A stretch of DNA of 64,000 bases from an uncultured delta proteobacterium (GTDB lineage Bacteria; Desulfobacterota; Binatia; Binatales; Binataceae): the NCBI GenBank assembly GCA_963788205.1, contig CAWBGG010000004.1, positions 14,166 to 78,165 on the forward strand. The letters are read 5' to 3'. Shown here piece after piece: positions 35,643 to 46,292 of this stretch. A program made the translations under genes and the position numbers. Below the pieces are notes generated by a model. The model made no database searches. It saw nothing but the letters and a program-made list of their open reading frames with translations, and was not told the DNA's origin. Numbering within the stretch: the first letter of the stretch is position 1; every line of letters starts with the position of its first letter.

Positions 35643-36971
35643 GTGCAGGTCGTGAAAATGTGGTCGTTCGAACGCAGCCGTCCACTTGTGACGGCGCTGA
35701 TTGGGTTCGCTGTCCTGGTCACCGCCCGCCGTTTCGTTTTCGCCGCCGAACCGTCCCCCGCGGACGTTCAGGCGACGGCGATCTCGCGGGACAATCACCT
35801 CGAAGAGCTGGTCGATGAGGCGCTACGGCGGAGTCCGGCAATCGAGGCCGCCCGGCATCGATGGGAGTCCAGCGCCAAGGTTCCCGTGCAGGTCTCGACT
35901 CTTCCTGATCCTCAGATCGGTATTCAGGAATTCACCGTGGGCGGGCCGCGCCCGCTCGAAGGTTACGAGACCAGCGACTTCTACTACACCGGGTTCGGCG
36001 TCTCGCAGGATCTTCCGTGGCCTTCAAAGCTCGGCTGGCAGGCCGAGCAGGCCAAAGAACAATCGGAGTATGCGCACCAGGCATACGAAGCGGCGCGGAG
36101 GGAAACCGCCGAAAAAGTGCGTGAATCATACTTCGAGTTGTTCTTTCTGAAGAAGGCGCTCGCCAGCCTTGGCGAGACCCGCGACGAGCTCGGCCGGACC
36201 GAGAAGATCGCCGAGGCGCGTTACCGGCTCGGACAGGCGCAGGAGCAGGATTTGACCAAATCGCAACTCGAGATGACCTCAACTCTCGAGCAGATCGAGA
36301 CGAATGAGGATGGAACCGGCCAGCGCCAGGCCGAGTTGAAGGCGACTCTGGGGCGCGACCCGGATTCGCCGGATATCGAAGTCAGCAACGTCGCGCCTGG
36401 CAATCTGGACCTCGATCCGCCAGGGCTTCAGCACCTGCCGATCGAGCGCTCGCCGGAGCTCAAGATGGCCGAGGCGATGGAGGCCGGCAGCGCCGACGCG
36501 CTCAAACTCGCGCGCGCGAACTACTATCCGGATCTGAGCGTCGGCTACACCTACCAGAAAACCGGCCCGGGCTTGCGCGACTACTACATGCTCACGGTCG
36601 GCGCCAAAATTCCGCTCTACTTCTGGCGCAAGCAAACCCCCGCAGTGGAGCAGGCCGCGCTGGACAACCGGGCCGCGCACAGCGAGACGCGCGCGCGCCT
36701 CCTCGAAGTCGGCTCGACGGCTCAAAGCCAGGCGATCGCGATTCGCACGGCCGGCCGCGTGATGACGCTGTACCGCGACGGGCTCATCCCGCAGGCGAAG
36801 GCGACCCGGGACGCCGCCCTCAACGGATACCGCGTGGGCAAAGTCAACTTCCAGACTCTGCTATCGGCAGTAATCGATTTGCTCAACATGAATCAGGCTT
36901 ACTACCGGGCGCTCGCCGACCATGATATCGCGACCGCCAAACTTAACCAGATAATCGGAGACGCACCATGA
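35643..36971 (+). CDS. TolC-family outer-membrane efflux protein (CusC/CzcC-like)
   Basis: 442-aa ORF (GTG 35643; ATG 35658 is an alternative). Two-repeat coiled-coil layout; the C-terminal YYRALADHDIATAKLNQIIG is typical of the family. Stop overlaps the next start. Confidence 0.8.
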   Translation: MQVVKMWSFERSRPLVTALIGFAVLVTARRFVFAAEPSPADVQATAISRDNHLEELVDEALRRSPAIEAARHRWESSAKVPVQVSTLPDPQIGIQEFTVGGPRPLEGYETSDFYYTGFGVSQDLPWPSKLGWQAEQAKEQSEYAHQAYEAARRETAEKVRESYFELFFLKKALASLGETRDELGRTEKIAEARYRLGQAQEQDLTKSQLEMTSTLEQIETNEDGTGQRQAELKATLGRDPDSPDIEVSNVAPGNLDLDPPGLQHLPIERSPELKMAEAMEAGSADALKLARANYYPDLSVGYTYQKTGPGLRDYYMLTVGAKIPLYFWRKQTPAVEQAALDNRAAHSETRARLLEVGSTAQSQAIAIRTAGRVMTLYRDGLIPQAKATRDAALNGYRVGKVNFQTLLSAVIDLLNMNQAYYRALADHDIATAKLNQIIGDAP

Positions 36972-38476
36972 CAGTCGGACGGATAAGTCATCATTGTGTA
37001 ATCGGAATGGTTGTTGCACTGGCGGCGCTTGTATCGCCGCCGCTCGCGCTCGCATCGGGCGCTCAGCCGGAGCCGGTTCCACAGCTCTCGGCGGTCCAGC
37101 TCACGCCGGAGCGGCAACGTCTCATCGGGCTTCGATTCGCGACTGTGGAGGAGCAGCAACTGACCGGCCGGGTCGACGCGACCGGCACGATCGAGCCCGA
37201 CGAGCGGCTCGAAAGCTACGTGCAAACCCGTTTCGCCGGATGGATCAAGACCGTGTTCGCTAATCAGACCTGGACGCAGGTCAAGCGGGGCGAAGCGATG
37301 TTCACGATCTACAGCCCCGATCTGGCGAGCGCTGAGCAGGAATATCTGCTCGCGCGTGGCGAGGAACGCGAGGTATCGCGAAGCGGCGTGCCGGGGGTAA
37401 AGGACGGCGCGTCATCGACCGCAGCAGCGGCGCTCGATCGGCTTCGGCTGTTCGGGGTTTCGCCGCGCGAGGTCGCACGGCTCGAACGTGAAGGCACCGC
37501 GCGGGACACGCTCGAAATCGACGCCCCGGCAAGCGGCGCCATCGCCGAGCGAATGGCGATTCCCAACCTGTACGCGCAACCCGACATGCGCCTCTACACG
37601 ATCGCCGACCTCTCACGCGTCTGGGTCTACGGCGCGGTCTTCCAGGACGACATCGGCAAAATCAGCATCGGCGACCCGGTCTCGGTCGCTATCGACGCGT
37701 ATCCCGGCAAGCGCTTCGACGGACGGGTCGATTTCATCTGGCCCGAGATCGACCCTGCGACGCGGACCGCGCGCGTGCGATGCGATTTCGACAACCGCGC
37801 GGGCATCCTGCGGCCCGGAATGTTCGTGAACGTCGCCCTCAAACCGGATTTGGGGCGTGGACTCGTCATTCCCGATTCGGGCGTGCTCCGCACCGGCGTT
37901 CGCGACATCACCTTCGTCAACAAGGGCGACGGCTACCTGCAGCCGGTCGATGTCGAGCTCGGCTCCCATCTCGGCGATCGGTTTCAGGTTCTCTCGGGCC
38001 TCCGCGCAGGCGATGAGATCGTCGCCTCGGCCAATTTCCTGATCGATTCGGAAAGCCAGCTCCGGGCCGCGCTTGGAACCTTTGCGCCGCCTCCGCCCGG
38101 CGTGAGCGCGAACGGATCACCGCAGCAAGCGAGTGCGGTCGGAGCAACCGCGAGTCCGGCGACGATCGACCTGACGACCGAGCCGGCGCCGCCGCAACGG
38201 GGAACCAACGTCGTCCGCGTCGCGCTGAATGATTCCGGCGGCAAGCCGATTGAGGGCGCCGAAGTCACAGTGGTTTTTTTCATGCCCGCGATGCCGGCGA
38301 TGCAGATGGCCGCGATGAAGGCGCAGGCCACTGCGACCGAACAGAGCCCCGGCCATTACGCCGCGTCGATCGACCTTCAAAGTGGCGGCACCTGGCAGGT
38401 AACGGTAGTCGCGACCAAGGCGGGCCATCAACTCGCCGGCCGCGAGCTCTCCATCTCCGCCACCGGCGGGATGTGA
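36968..38476 (+). CDS. Efflux RND periplasmic adaptor (CusB-like) with an extra C-terminal FixH/YtkA-like domain
   Basis: 502-aa ORF with membrane-fusion-protein core motifs. The last ~100 aa (GTNVVRVALNDSGGKPIEGAEVTVVFFMPAMPAMQMAAM...PGHYAASIDLQSGGTWQVTVV) resemble FixH/YtkA Met-rich domains. Confidence 0.8.
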   Translation: MTVGRISHHCVIGMVVALAALVSPPLALASGAQPEPVPQLSAVQLTPERQRLIGLRFATVEEQQLTGRVDATGTIEPDERLESYVQTRFAGWIKTVFANQTWTQVKRGEAMFTIYSPDLASAEQEYLLARGEEREVSRSGVPGVKDGASSTAAAALDRLRLFGVSPREVARLEREGTARDTLEIDAPASGAIAERMAIPNLYAQPDMRLYTIADLSRVWVYGAVFQDDIGKISIGDPVSVAIDAYPGKRFDGRVDFIWPEIDPATRTARVRCDFDNRAGILRPGMFVNVALKPDLGRGLVIPDSGVLRTGVRDITFVNKGDGYLQPVDVELGSHLGDRFQVLSGLRAGDEIVASANFLIDSESQLRAALGTFAPPPPGVSANGSPQQASAVGATASPATIDLTTEPAPPQRGTNVVRVALNDSGGKPIEGAEVTVVFFMPAMPAMQMAAMKAQATATEQSPGHYAASIDLQSGGTWQVTVVATKAGHQLAGRELSISATGGM

Positions 38477-38491
38477 CGGGGGAGTAACGCG

Positions 38492-41400
38492 ATGATCGAA
38501 AGAACCATCGAATGGTGTAGCAGCAACCGCGTGCTCGTGTTCATCGCGATCGCCGCGATCGCGATCGCCGGCGGATGGTCGCTCGAACGTATCCCGCTCG
38601 ACGCGCTGCCCGACATTTCCGACGTTCAGGTGATCGTCCACACCCAGATGATGGGTCAGCCGCCCAACGTGATCGAAGACCAAGTCACGTATCCAATCGT
38701 TGCCACGATGCTCTCCGCGCCGCACGTCAAAGCAGTTCGCGCGCAGACGATGCCCAACGACTCGTATGTCTATGTCGTCTTCGAGGACGGAACCGATATC
38801 TACTGGGCGCGCAGCCGCGTGCTCGAGTATCTTCAGCAGATCGCGGGCAAGCTTCCCTCCGGAGCCAGCCCGGTAATCGGCCCGGATGCGACCGGGGCCG
38901 GATGGGTCTACGAGTACGTTCTGCTTGATCGCACCCACAAGCTGAGCCCCGCGGATCTGAGAAGCCTCCAGGACTGGAAGGTGCGCTACGCTCTGGAGAC
39001 CGAACCCGGTGTTGCCGAGGTAGCCACGATCGGCGGGTTCGTCAAGCAGTATCAAGTCCGGCTCGATCCGAAACGGATGCTCGCGCTTAAAGTCCCGCTG
39101 GAGACCGTGATCGACAAGGTCCGCCAGAGCAACAACGAGGTCGGCGGCCGGATGCTCGAAATGTCGGGCGCCGACTACCTGATTCGAGGTCTGGGATACG
39201 TCCGCTCGGTTGCCGACTTGGAACAGATTGCGGTCGCTTCCAACAATGGCACGCCCGTCCTGATCCGCGACCTCGGCGTCGTGAGCCTGGGCCCCGACCT
39301 GCGCGAAGGCGTCGCCGATTTCAACGGCGACGGCGAAGCCGTCGGCGGAATCGTGGTGATGCGTTACGGCGAGAACGCGCTCAACGTAATCGACCGCGTC
39401 AAGCGCAAGATCGCCGAAGTCCAGAAGACCCTGCCCGCCGGAGTCGAAATCGTCTCCGGCTACGACCGCTCCGGCCTGATATCCGCATCAATCGAGACGC
39501 TCCGTCGCGACCTGATCGAGGAGGCAGTGATCGTCAGCCTCGTGATCGTTGCCTTCCTGTTGCATTTCCGTTCGGCGCTCATTCCCATAGTCAGCATTCC
39601 GCTCGCGCTGCTGGCCACGTTCATCCCGATGTACTGGCTCGGCGTCAGTTCCAACATCATGTCGCTCGGCGGGCTCGCGCTCGCGATCGGCGTGCTGGTC
39701 AACGCGTCGATCGTGATGGTCGAGAACGGCCATCAACGACTCGCCGAACGCGAGGGCCAGGCGCGCGAATCGGGCGCCGCCCTAGCCGAGCACGAGCGCC
39801 GCGCCACGTTGCTCGGGGCGGCGATGCAAGTCGGCCGGCCCCTTTTCTACTCGTTGTTGATCATCGTGATCTCGTTCCTGCCCGTGTTTCTGCTCGAAGC
39901 TCAAGAGGGCCGGATGTTCCAGGCCGCTGGCGTGGACCAAGACCCTTGCGATCGCGGCCTCGTCGCTGCTCGCGATAACGATCGTGCCGATCCTGATGGT
40001 CGCGTTGATTCGTGGCAAGCGCCTGCGCGGCGAGAGCGAGAATCCGCTGTCACACCTCTTTCAAGCGCTCTACCTGCCAATCCTGCGATGGTGCCTGCGC
40101 AATCGCGCGATCACGATCGCGGTCAATCTCGCTTTTCTGGCGATCGCGCTGCCGCTTGCGCTCCGGATCGGCAGCCAGTTCATGCCGCCGCTGTTCGAGG
40201 ACTCGATGCTGTTCATGCCAACCGCGCTGCCGGGAATCTCGATCACTTCCGCCGCTGACCTGATGCAGAAGCAGGATCGGATCATCAAGTCATTTCCCGA
40301 AGTCGAAACCGTTTTCGGCACCGTGGGCCGATCGGACAGCGCGACCGACAACGCACCGATGGACATGTACGACACCACGGTGATGCTCAAGCCGCGCGAG
40401 CAATGGCCCACAGCCATGACTTACGACCGCCTGTTGCAAGCGATGGATGCGAAGCTCCAGTTTCCGGGCCTCTCGAACACCTGGACGACACCGGTGCAAA
40501 ACCGGCTCGACATGGAGCTGACCGGAATCAAGACGCCGGTGGGAATCAAGGTGCAGGGCCCGGAGCTCGACGAGATTCAGCGAATCGGTTCCGAGATCGA
40601 GGAGCTGCTCAATGGCGTTGAAGGCACGCGCGGAGTGTTCGCCGAACGCGTCTCGCAAGGCTTCTACGTCAACATCAACGTCAACCGCGCCGAAGCCGCA
40701 CGATATGGCCTCACGGTTGGCGACGTGCAAACCGCGATCTCATCGGGAATCGGCGGCGAGAATATCGCGACCGCGATCGAGGGACGCGAGCGCTATCCGA
40801 TAAACGTCCGCTACCTGGCCGACTACCGTGACAATCTCGACGCGCTGCGCCGCGTGCTCGTGATGACGCCGTCAGGCGCGCAGATTCCGCTCGGCGAAGT
40901 TGCGAAGGTCGAGATCGGCCCCGGCCCCACGATGATCCGCGACGAGGACGGCGAGCTGACCGGCTACGTTTACATCGACCTGTCGACCAGCGACTACGGC
41001 GGCTACGTCGCCCGCGCGCAGAAAGTGCTCGACAGCAAGCTCAGCCTGCCACAGGGGTATTCGCTCAAATGGTCGGGCGAGTACGAATTTCAGCTCCGCG
41101 CCCGCAGGCGTCTCACGATCATCATTCCGGTCGCCTTCGCCGCGATCTTCTTCCTGCTCTACATGCTGTTCCAGTCGGTCGCGGAAGCCGCGGTGCTGAT
41201 TTTCCCGTGCCTCTACGCGATGACCGGAGGATTAGTCCTGCAATACCTGATGGGTTTCAATTTCAGCGTCGCCGTATGGGTCGGCTATGTCGCCCTGTTC
41301 GGAATCGCGGTCGAGACCGGCGTCGTGATGGTGATCTATCTGCACGAGGCGTTGGACCGCAGGCTCGAAGCAGGCGGGATCGATCGTGCGGACATCGTCG

Positions 41401-41666
41401 CCGCGACTATCGAGGGAGCGGTGAACCGCCTGCGGCCCAAGCTGATGACGGTGACGGTGGTGATGCTGAGCCTGGCTCCGATTCTGTGGTCGAGCGGGAT
41501 CGGGTCGGACGTGATGAGGCCGATCGCGGCGCCAATCGTCGGCGGGATGGTGACGTCGACGATTCACGTGCTCATCCTGGTGCCGGTGTTCTTCGCGATG
41601 ATGAAGGAGCGCGCGTTGCGCAACGGAACGCTCGCCGCCTCGGAAGCTGCACACCAGGTCGGATAG
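38492..41666 (+). pseudogene. cusA: CusA/CzcA-family heavy-metal RND efflux pump, split by a 1-nt frameshift near 39919-39925 (or consensus error)
   Basis: ORF fragments 38492-40258 and 39984-41666. Frame 1 reads ...LEAQEGRMFQ and then turns to nonsense. The conserved continuation PLAWTKTLAIAASSLLAITIVPILMVALIRGK is in the next frame. Confidence 0.8.
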
Positions 41667-41736
41667 CTCGGATAGGGCGCGTGATCGCAAACCCCGGCTA
41701 GGTTTCATCGCCGTCGATGGTGTAAGTTCCTCACCG

Positions 41737-43164
41737 ATGGGCGAGCAGGCTCAGCTACCCCTTCAGAAGCGCCGCATCGCGCCCAAGGCGCTCACCGTCA
41801 CGCAGCTCGTGCGGACGGTCAGGGAGACGCTCGAGCTCACCCTCGATGAATTCTGGGTGACCGGCGAGGTATCCAACTCGCGCGGCGCGCCCTCGGGTCA
41901 TCTCTATTTCACGCTCAAGGACGAACGCAGCGCCGTCAACTGCGTGATGTTCAGCTCGGCTTACCGCCGGCTGCGTTTCAAGCTCGCCGACGGGATGGAA
42001 GTGCTGGTTCGCGGCCGTGTGAACCTGTACGAAGCACGCGGCGCGATGCAATTTTACGCCGAAGAGATGGAGCCGCGCGGCCTGGGCGCGCTCCAGCTCG
42101 CCTTCGAGCAGCTTAAGCGGCGGCTCGACGCCGAAGGGCTGTTCGATCCCGCGCGCAAGCGCCAATTGCCCTTCCTGCCGCGTACTATCGGGATCGTCAC
42201 GGCGCTGCGCGGCGCTGCGATTCGCGACATCATGACGGTACTCCTGGCCCGCTTCCCGAATCTCCACCTGATAATCCGGCCGGCCCGGGTTCAGGGGCAG
42301 GGTGCGGCGGCTGACATCGCGCAAGCGATCGCCGATCTCAATCGCGACGGCCGCGCCGAGGTGATAATCGTCGGCCGCGGCGGCGGCTCGCTCGAAGACT
42401 TGTGGGCGTTCAACGAGGAAGTCGTGGCCCGCGCGATCCATGGTTCGGCGATTCCGATCGTCTCGGCAATCGGCCACGAGATCGATTATACGATTGCCGA
42501 CTTCGTGGCCGACGTGCGCGCGCCCACGCCCACCGCCGCGGCCCAGATCGCCGTGCCCGCGATGCGCGAACTGACCCAGCGCCTCGAGGAGACCGAGGCG
42601 ACGCTCAGGGGTGCGATCGCCGGTGCGATCAACGGCTATCGCAGGGAACTCGGCCATGTCGGCGCCCGTCTTAGAGATCCACTGGCGCTGATCCGCGACA
42701 CGCGCCAGCGTGTCGATGAGGCCGGCGCGGCGCTCGGCATCGCGGTCTCCGCCAATGTCGCGGCCGCGCGGCGGCGAATCCACGAGCTTGGCTTCAGAGT
42801 TCGCGCTCCGCTCGCGCTGATCCGCGACAGCCGCCTGTCGCTCAGCCGGCTTACGTTTCACTTGCGCCAGGTACAGAGCGTGCGCGCGCGGCAGCTTGGT
42901 CTTGAGCTCGAGCGGGCCTCCGCCCGGCTGCAGGCGGCCGGGAGCAGAGCAGTCGAGATCAGGCGCGCGCGGTTCTCCGCACTCGCCACGCGCCTCGATT
43001 CGATCTCGCCGCTCAAAGTGCTGGAGCGTGGTTACGCGGTCGTAACCAATCCGCGCGATGGACGCGCCGTCGTTGACGCCGCCGCCGTCACGCCGGGCGA
43101 CGAGCTGCAGATTCGGCTCAGGCGCGGCCGCCTGCGCGCGACCGCGAATTCCCGCGAGCCTTAA
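41737..43164 (+). CDS. xseA: Exodeoxyribonuclease VII large subunit
   Basis: 475-aa ORF. WVTGEVSNSRGAPSGHLYFTLKDERSAVNCVMF, GIVTALRGAAIRD, IIVGRGGGSLEDLWAFN, SAIGHEIDYTIADFVAD. Confidence 0.9.
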   Translation: MGEQAQLPLQKRRIAPKALTVTQLVRTVRETLELTLDEFWVTGEVSNSRGAPSGHLYFTLKDERSAVNCVMFSSAYRRLRFKLADGMEVLVRGRVNLYEARGAMQFYAEEMEPRGLGALQLAFEQLKRRLDAEGLFDPARKRQLPFLPRTIGIVTALRGAAIRDIMTVLLARFPNLHLIIRPARVQGQGAAADIAQAIADLNRDGRAEVIIVGRGGGSLEDLWAFNEEVVARAIHGSAIPIVSAIGHEIDYTIADFVADVRAPTPTAAAQIAVPAMRELTQRLEETEATLRGAIAGAINGYRRELGHVGARLRDPLALIRDTRQRVDEAGAALGIAVSANVAAARRRIHELGFRVRAPLALIRDSRLSLSRLTFHLRQVQSVRARQLGLELERASARLQAAGSRAVEIRRARFSALATRLDSISPLKVLERGYAVVTNPRDGRAVVDAAAVTPGDELQIRLRRGRLRATANSREP

Positions 43165-43168
43165 ACCG

Positions 43169-43447
43169 ATGGCAAAAAATCCCCGGAAATTCGAAGAAGA
43201 GCTCCAGGACCTCGAGGCGATCGTCACGCGGATAGATTCCGGTGAGCTTTCGCTCGAAGAATCGATCGGCGCGTTCGAGCGCGGCGTCGCGCTGGTACGC
43301 TCGCTCAACCAGAAACTCGATGAGGTCGAGAAGAAGGTCGAGGTCCTGATGCGCGACGCGCAGGGCGAGCTCAAGAGCGTGCCCTACCAGCCGGCGCCCG
43401 CCGAGCAGACGGCCGAGAGCGAAGACGAGGACGACGAGTTGCCTTGA
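43169..43447 (+). CDS. xseB: Exodeoxyribonuclease VII small subunit
   Basis: ATG 43169 within ORF 43058-43447. FEEELQDLEAIVTRIDSGELSLEESIGAFERGVALVRSLNQKLDEVEKKVEVL. Confidence 0.85.
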   Translation: MAKNPRKFEEELQDLEAIVTRIDSGELSLEESIGAFERGVALVRSLNQKLDEVEKKVEVLMRDAQGELKSVPYQPAPAEQTAESEDEDDELP

Positions 43448-44205
43448 GTATCGTGACCCGCGCGCGGCTCGACCTCGAGATGGCGCGCCGCGGCCTGGCC
43501 GAGAGCCGCGAGCGCGCGCAGCGGATGATCATGGCGGGCCTGGTGCGCGTGAATTCGCGGCAGGCGGCCAAACCCGATCTCAAGGTTGACCTGACCGCGC
43601 AGATCGAGGTGGTTCCCAGCGCCCCCAAATACGCAAGCCGCGGGGCCTGGAAACTGATCGCCGCGCTCGACCATTTCGCAGTCGCCGTGCAAGGGCGAAG
43701 CGCGCTCGACATCGGCGCGTCGACCGGCGGTTTCACCGACGTGCTGCTCGCGCGCGGCGCAGCACGGGTCGTCGCGCTGGATGTGGGCTACGGCCAGCTC
43801 GCCTCGCGGCTCCGAGCCGACCCGCGAGTGACGGTGTTGGATCGCACCAATGTCCGCTTCGTCGAGCCGGTCGATCTCCCGTATCGCCCCGATTTGATCA
43901 CAATCGATACCAGCTTTATCTCGCTGCGCTTGGTGCTCCGCGCGGTGCTGCGAATCGCGGCTCTACCGGCTGAGATCATTGCGCTGGTCAAGCCGCAATT
44001 CGAGGTGGGAAAAGGCCGCGTGGGCAAGGGCGGCGTGGTGCGCGACGAAGAGCTGCGCCGCGCCGCGCTCGAGGGCATCTTGCGCTTCGCCGCCGAGGCC
44101 GGTTTCGAGGTGGCGGGCGCGATCGAATCGCCGCTCAAGGGTCCGGCTGGGAATCGCGAGTTTCTCGCCCTGATGCGGCTTAAGCCCTCGGGTGAGCGTG
44201 ACTGA
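43444..44205 (+). CDS. tlyA: TlyA-family rRNA (cytidine-2'-O)-methyltransferase
   Basis: 253-aa ORF. S4-like N-terminus RLDLEMARRGLAESRERAQRMIMAG, then the FtsJ motif ALDIGASTGGFTDVLL. Confidence 0.85.
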   Translation: MSIVTRARLDLEMARRGLAESRERAQRMIMAGLVRVNSRQAAKPDLKVDLTAQIEVVPSAPKYASRGAWKLIAALDHFAVAVQGRSALDIGASTGGFTDVLLARGAARVVALDVGYGQLASRLRADPRVTVLDRTNVRFVEPVDLPYRPDLITIDTSFISLRLVLRAVLRIAALPAEIIALVKPQFEVGKGRVGKGGVVRDEELRRAALEGILRFAAEAGFEVAGAIESPLKGPAGNREFLALMRLKPSGERD

Positions 44206-45170
44206 ATGACGCGCGAGTACTTCGTCGGCGTTGACATGGGCGGGACCAATCTGCGCTGCGGCGCGGTCTCGCGATCCGGCGCGATGATCCTGTTGCGGCG
44301 TACGCCCGCCAATGCGATGGCCGCGGCCGACGCGGTGGTGGCCAATATCGCGGCCAATGTCCAGGCGGTCGCGCAACAAGCACGCGGGCGCGGGCTCGGC
44401 GCGCCACGCGGAATCGGCGTTGCGGTGCCGGGCCCGCTCGATCTCGTCAACGGCACCGTGACCGCAACGCCGCACGTCAGCGCCTGGCGATCCTTCCCGC
44501 TGCGCGCGCGGCTGGAACGCGAGCTCGGCTGCCCGGTCGCCATTGAGAACGACGCCAACGCCTGGGCGCTCGGCGAGTTCTGGCGCGGCGCGGCGCGCGG
44601 GCGCAGCGAGGTGGTTCTGCTCACGCTCGGCACCGGCGTTGGAGGCGGGCTGATCGTCGGCGGGCGGATCGTTCATGGAATCGCCGGGATGGCCGGCGAG
44701 TTGGGACACGTCACGGTCGAGCCCGAGGGCGTGCGATGCGATTGCGGGGCGCGCGGATGCCTCGAAGCCTACGCTTCTGCCTCGGGAATTCAGCGGCTGG
44801 TCGAGCAGCGCCTGCGCCATGGCGCCCGGATGCCCGCGCTGTTCACCGATCCGCGGGGAACTTCGCGGTGAGACGGCTGGCGCAAGCCGCCCGGCGGAGA
44901 AACCCCCTTGCCCGCGCGGTGCTCGGAGTCGCGGGCAAGTACCTCGGAATCGCGGTCGCCTCGTTCGTGAATATCTTCAACCCGGAATTGATCGTGATCG
45001 GCGGCGGTGTGTCCGGCGCGCTCCCCCTGATGCGCGAGCCGATGATGCGCGAGATAAAGGCGCGTGCCTTCGCCGCCGCGCTCGGTCGGGTCCGTATCGT
45101 CCGCGCCGGCCTGGGGGAGCATGCCGGGGTGGTCGGCGCAGCCTATGCGGCAATGAGCGCCCCGGACTGA
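44206..45170 (+). pseudogene. ROK-family sugar kinase (glucokinase-like), split by a 1-nt frameshift in the G4 run at 44855-44858 (or consensus error)
   Basis: Fragments 44206-44871 and 44736-45170. GVDMGGTNLR, ENDANAWALGE, and CDCGARGCLEAYAS are in frame 1. GNFAVRRLAQAARRRNPLARAVL...IVIGGGVS continues in the next frame; one extra G would restore it. Confidence 0.8.
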
Positions 45171-45257
45171 CCCCGGCGCGATTGCCTGAACTGCCGCATT
45201 TGCACAGGCGCGCCTTTGGATTACCCTGTATAGTGGTTGGTTGATAAAATCTACCTG

Positions 45258-46271
45258 ATGACGATGAAGACGCGTGCCGCCAGGATGCAGGAATTCAGGA
45301 TCGCATCCGCCCTCTTGGCGGCGGGGTTTTTTCTATTCACGGCGCGCGTCTGCGCGGCGCAGGACAATCAAGCCGCACCGGCCTCCGACGCTCCACGCGC
45401 TGAGCGCCTTCATGAAAGCGATATCCCGGCTCTGCCGGGTCTGAGAATCCAGCGCTCCGGCCCGGAGGAATCCTCGGCGCAAGGCCAGGCGAATCCGGCT
45501 GGGGACGCGGTCGCGCAGAGCCATCCCAAAAACGGCGGCCTTTCATACACGGTGCGGCCGGGCGATTCGTTGAGCGCGATAGCGCAGCTCTACGGGCTGG
45601 ACTCGGGCGAACTCGCCGAGGCCAATCATCTGGACGACGATTCGCTTCTTCGCGCCGGCCAGATCCTGCAGATTCCCAATCCGTTTGCCGCCCAGCTGCA
45701 TCATTCGCAGGCCACGGCCGATCAGCTCTATTCCGAAGCGCAGGCCTCGCGCCAGAAGAGCCGCATGGACGCCGCCAAAATCCAGTCGCTCAGCGATCAA
45801 CTCGAGCAGCTCAACGCCGCCAACCTGGATCTTCAGCACGGCGTCAAGGTTCTGCCATGGTGGCGCGGCGTGGCGCTGACCACCGGCGCCGCGGCGCTCC
45901 TGATGCTCGGCGTGACCGCGCTGACGGTGCTGGAATGGCTGATGCTGCGGCGGCGCTTCCGCGCGCTGGTCGAGGCCAACGATGCGATTCGCCGCCTGGA
46001 CCAGAAATACAAGGTGGTGCTCGCCAAGGCCGAGTTGCGCTTGCAACAACTGTATGGGCGCCGCCGAGCGGTGGACGAGGATCGGGAGCTGGCCAAGTCG
46101 CCCGACGAGATCGAGATCGAGCGCCTCAATCAGCAGCTTCGCGAGCTGCTGGAACAGCATCTGGAGCGGCTGGGTTTTTCCCGCAGCCGTTCCGCCCGCC
46201 GCACCCGTTTTCAGAATCTGCTCGACGGTGTGGAGGAATCCCCGGTCGAAGCGCCCGCCAGCCGCCGCTAA
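45258..46271 (+). CDS. LysM-domain protein with coiled-coil and a C-proximal TM helix
   Basis: ORF track 45237-46271; ATG 45258 (MTMKTRAARMQEFRIASALLAAGFFLF). LysM motif YTVRPGDSLSAIAQLYGLDSGELAEANHL...GQILQIP. Confidence 0.75.
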   Translation: MTMKTRAARMQEFRIASALLAAGFFLFTARVCAAQDNQAAPASDAPRAERLHESDIPALPGLRIQRSGPEESSAQGQANPAGDAVAQSHPKNGGLSYTVRPGDSLSAIAQLYGLDSGELAEANHLDDDSLLRAGQILQIPNPFAAQLHHSQATADQLYSEAQASRQKSRMDAAKIQSLSDQLEQLNAANLDLQHGVKVLPWWRGVALTTGAAALLMLGVTALTVLEWLMLRRRFRALVEANDAIRRLDQKYKVVLAKAELRLQQLYGRRRAVDEDRELAKSPDEIEIERLNQQLRELLEQHLERLGFSRSRSARRTRFQNLLDGVEESPVEAPASRR

Positions 46272-46292
46272 CTTCTCGGATTTCAGGGTATG

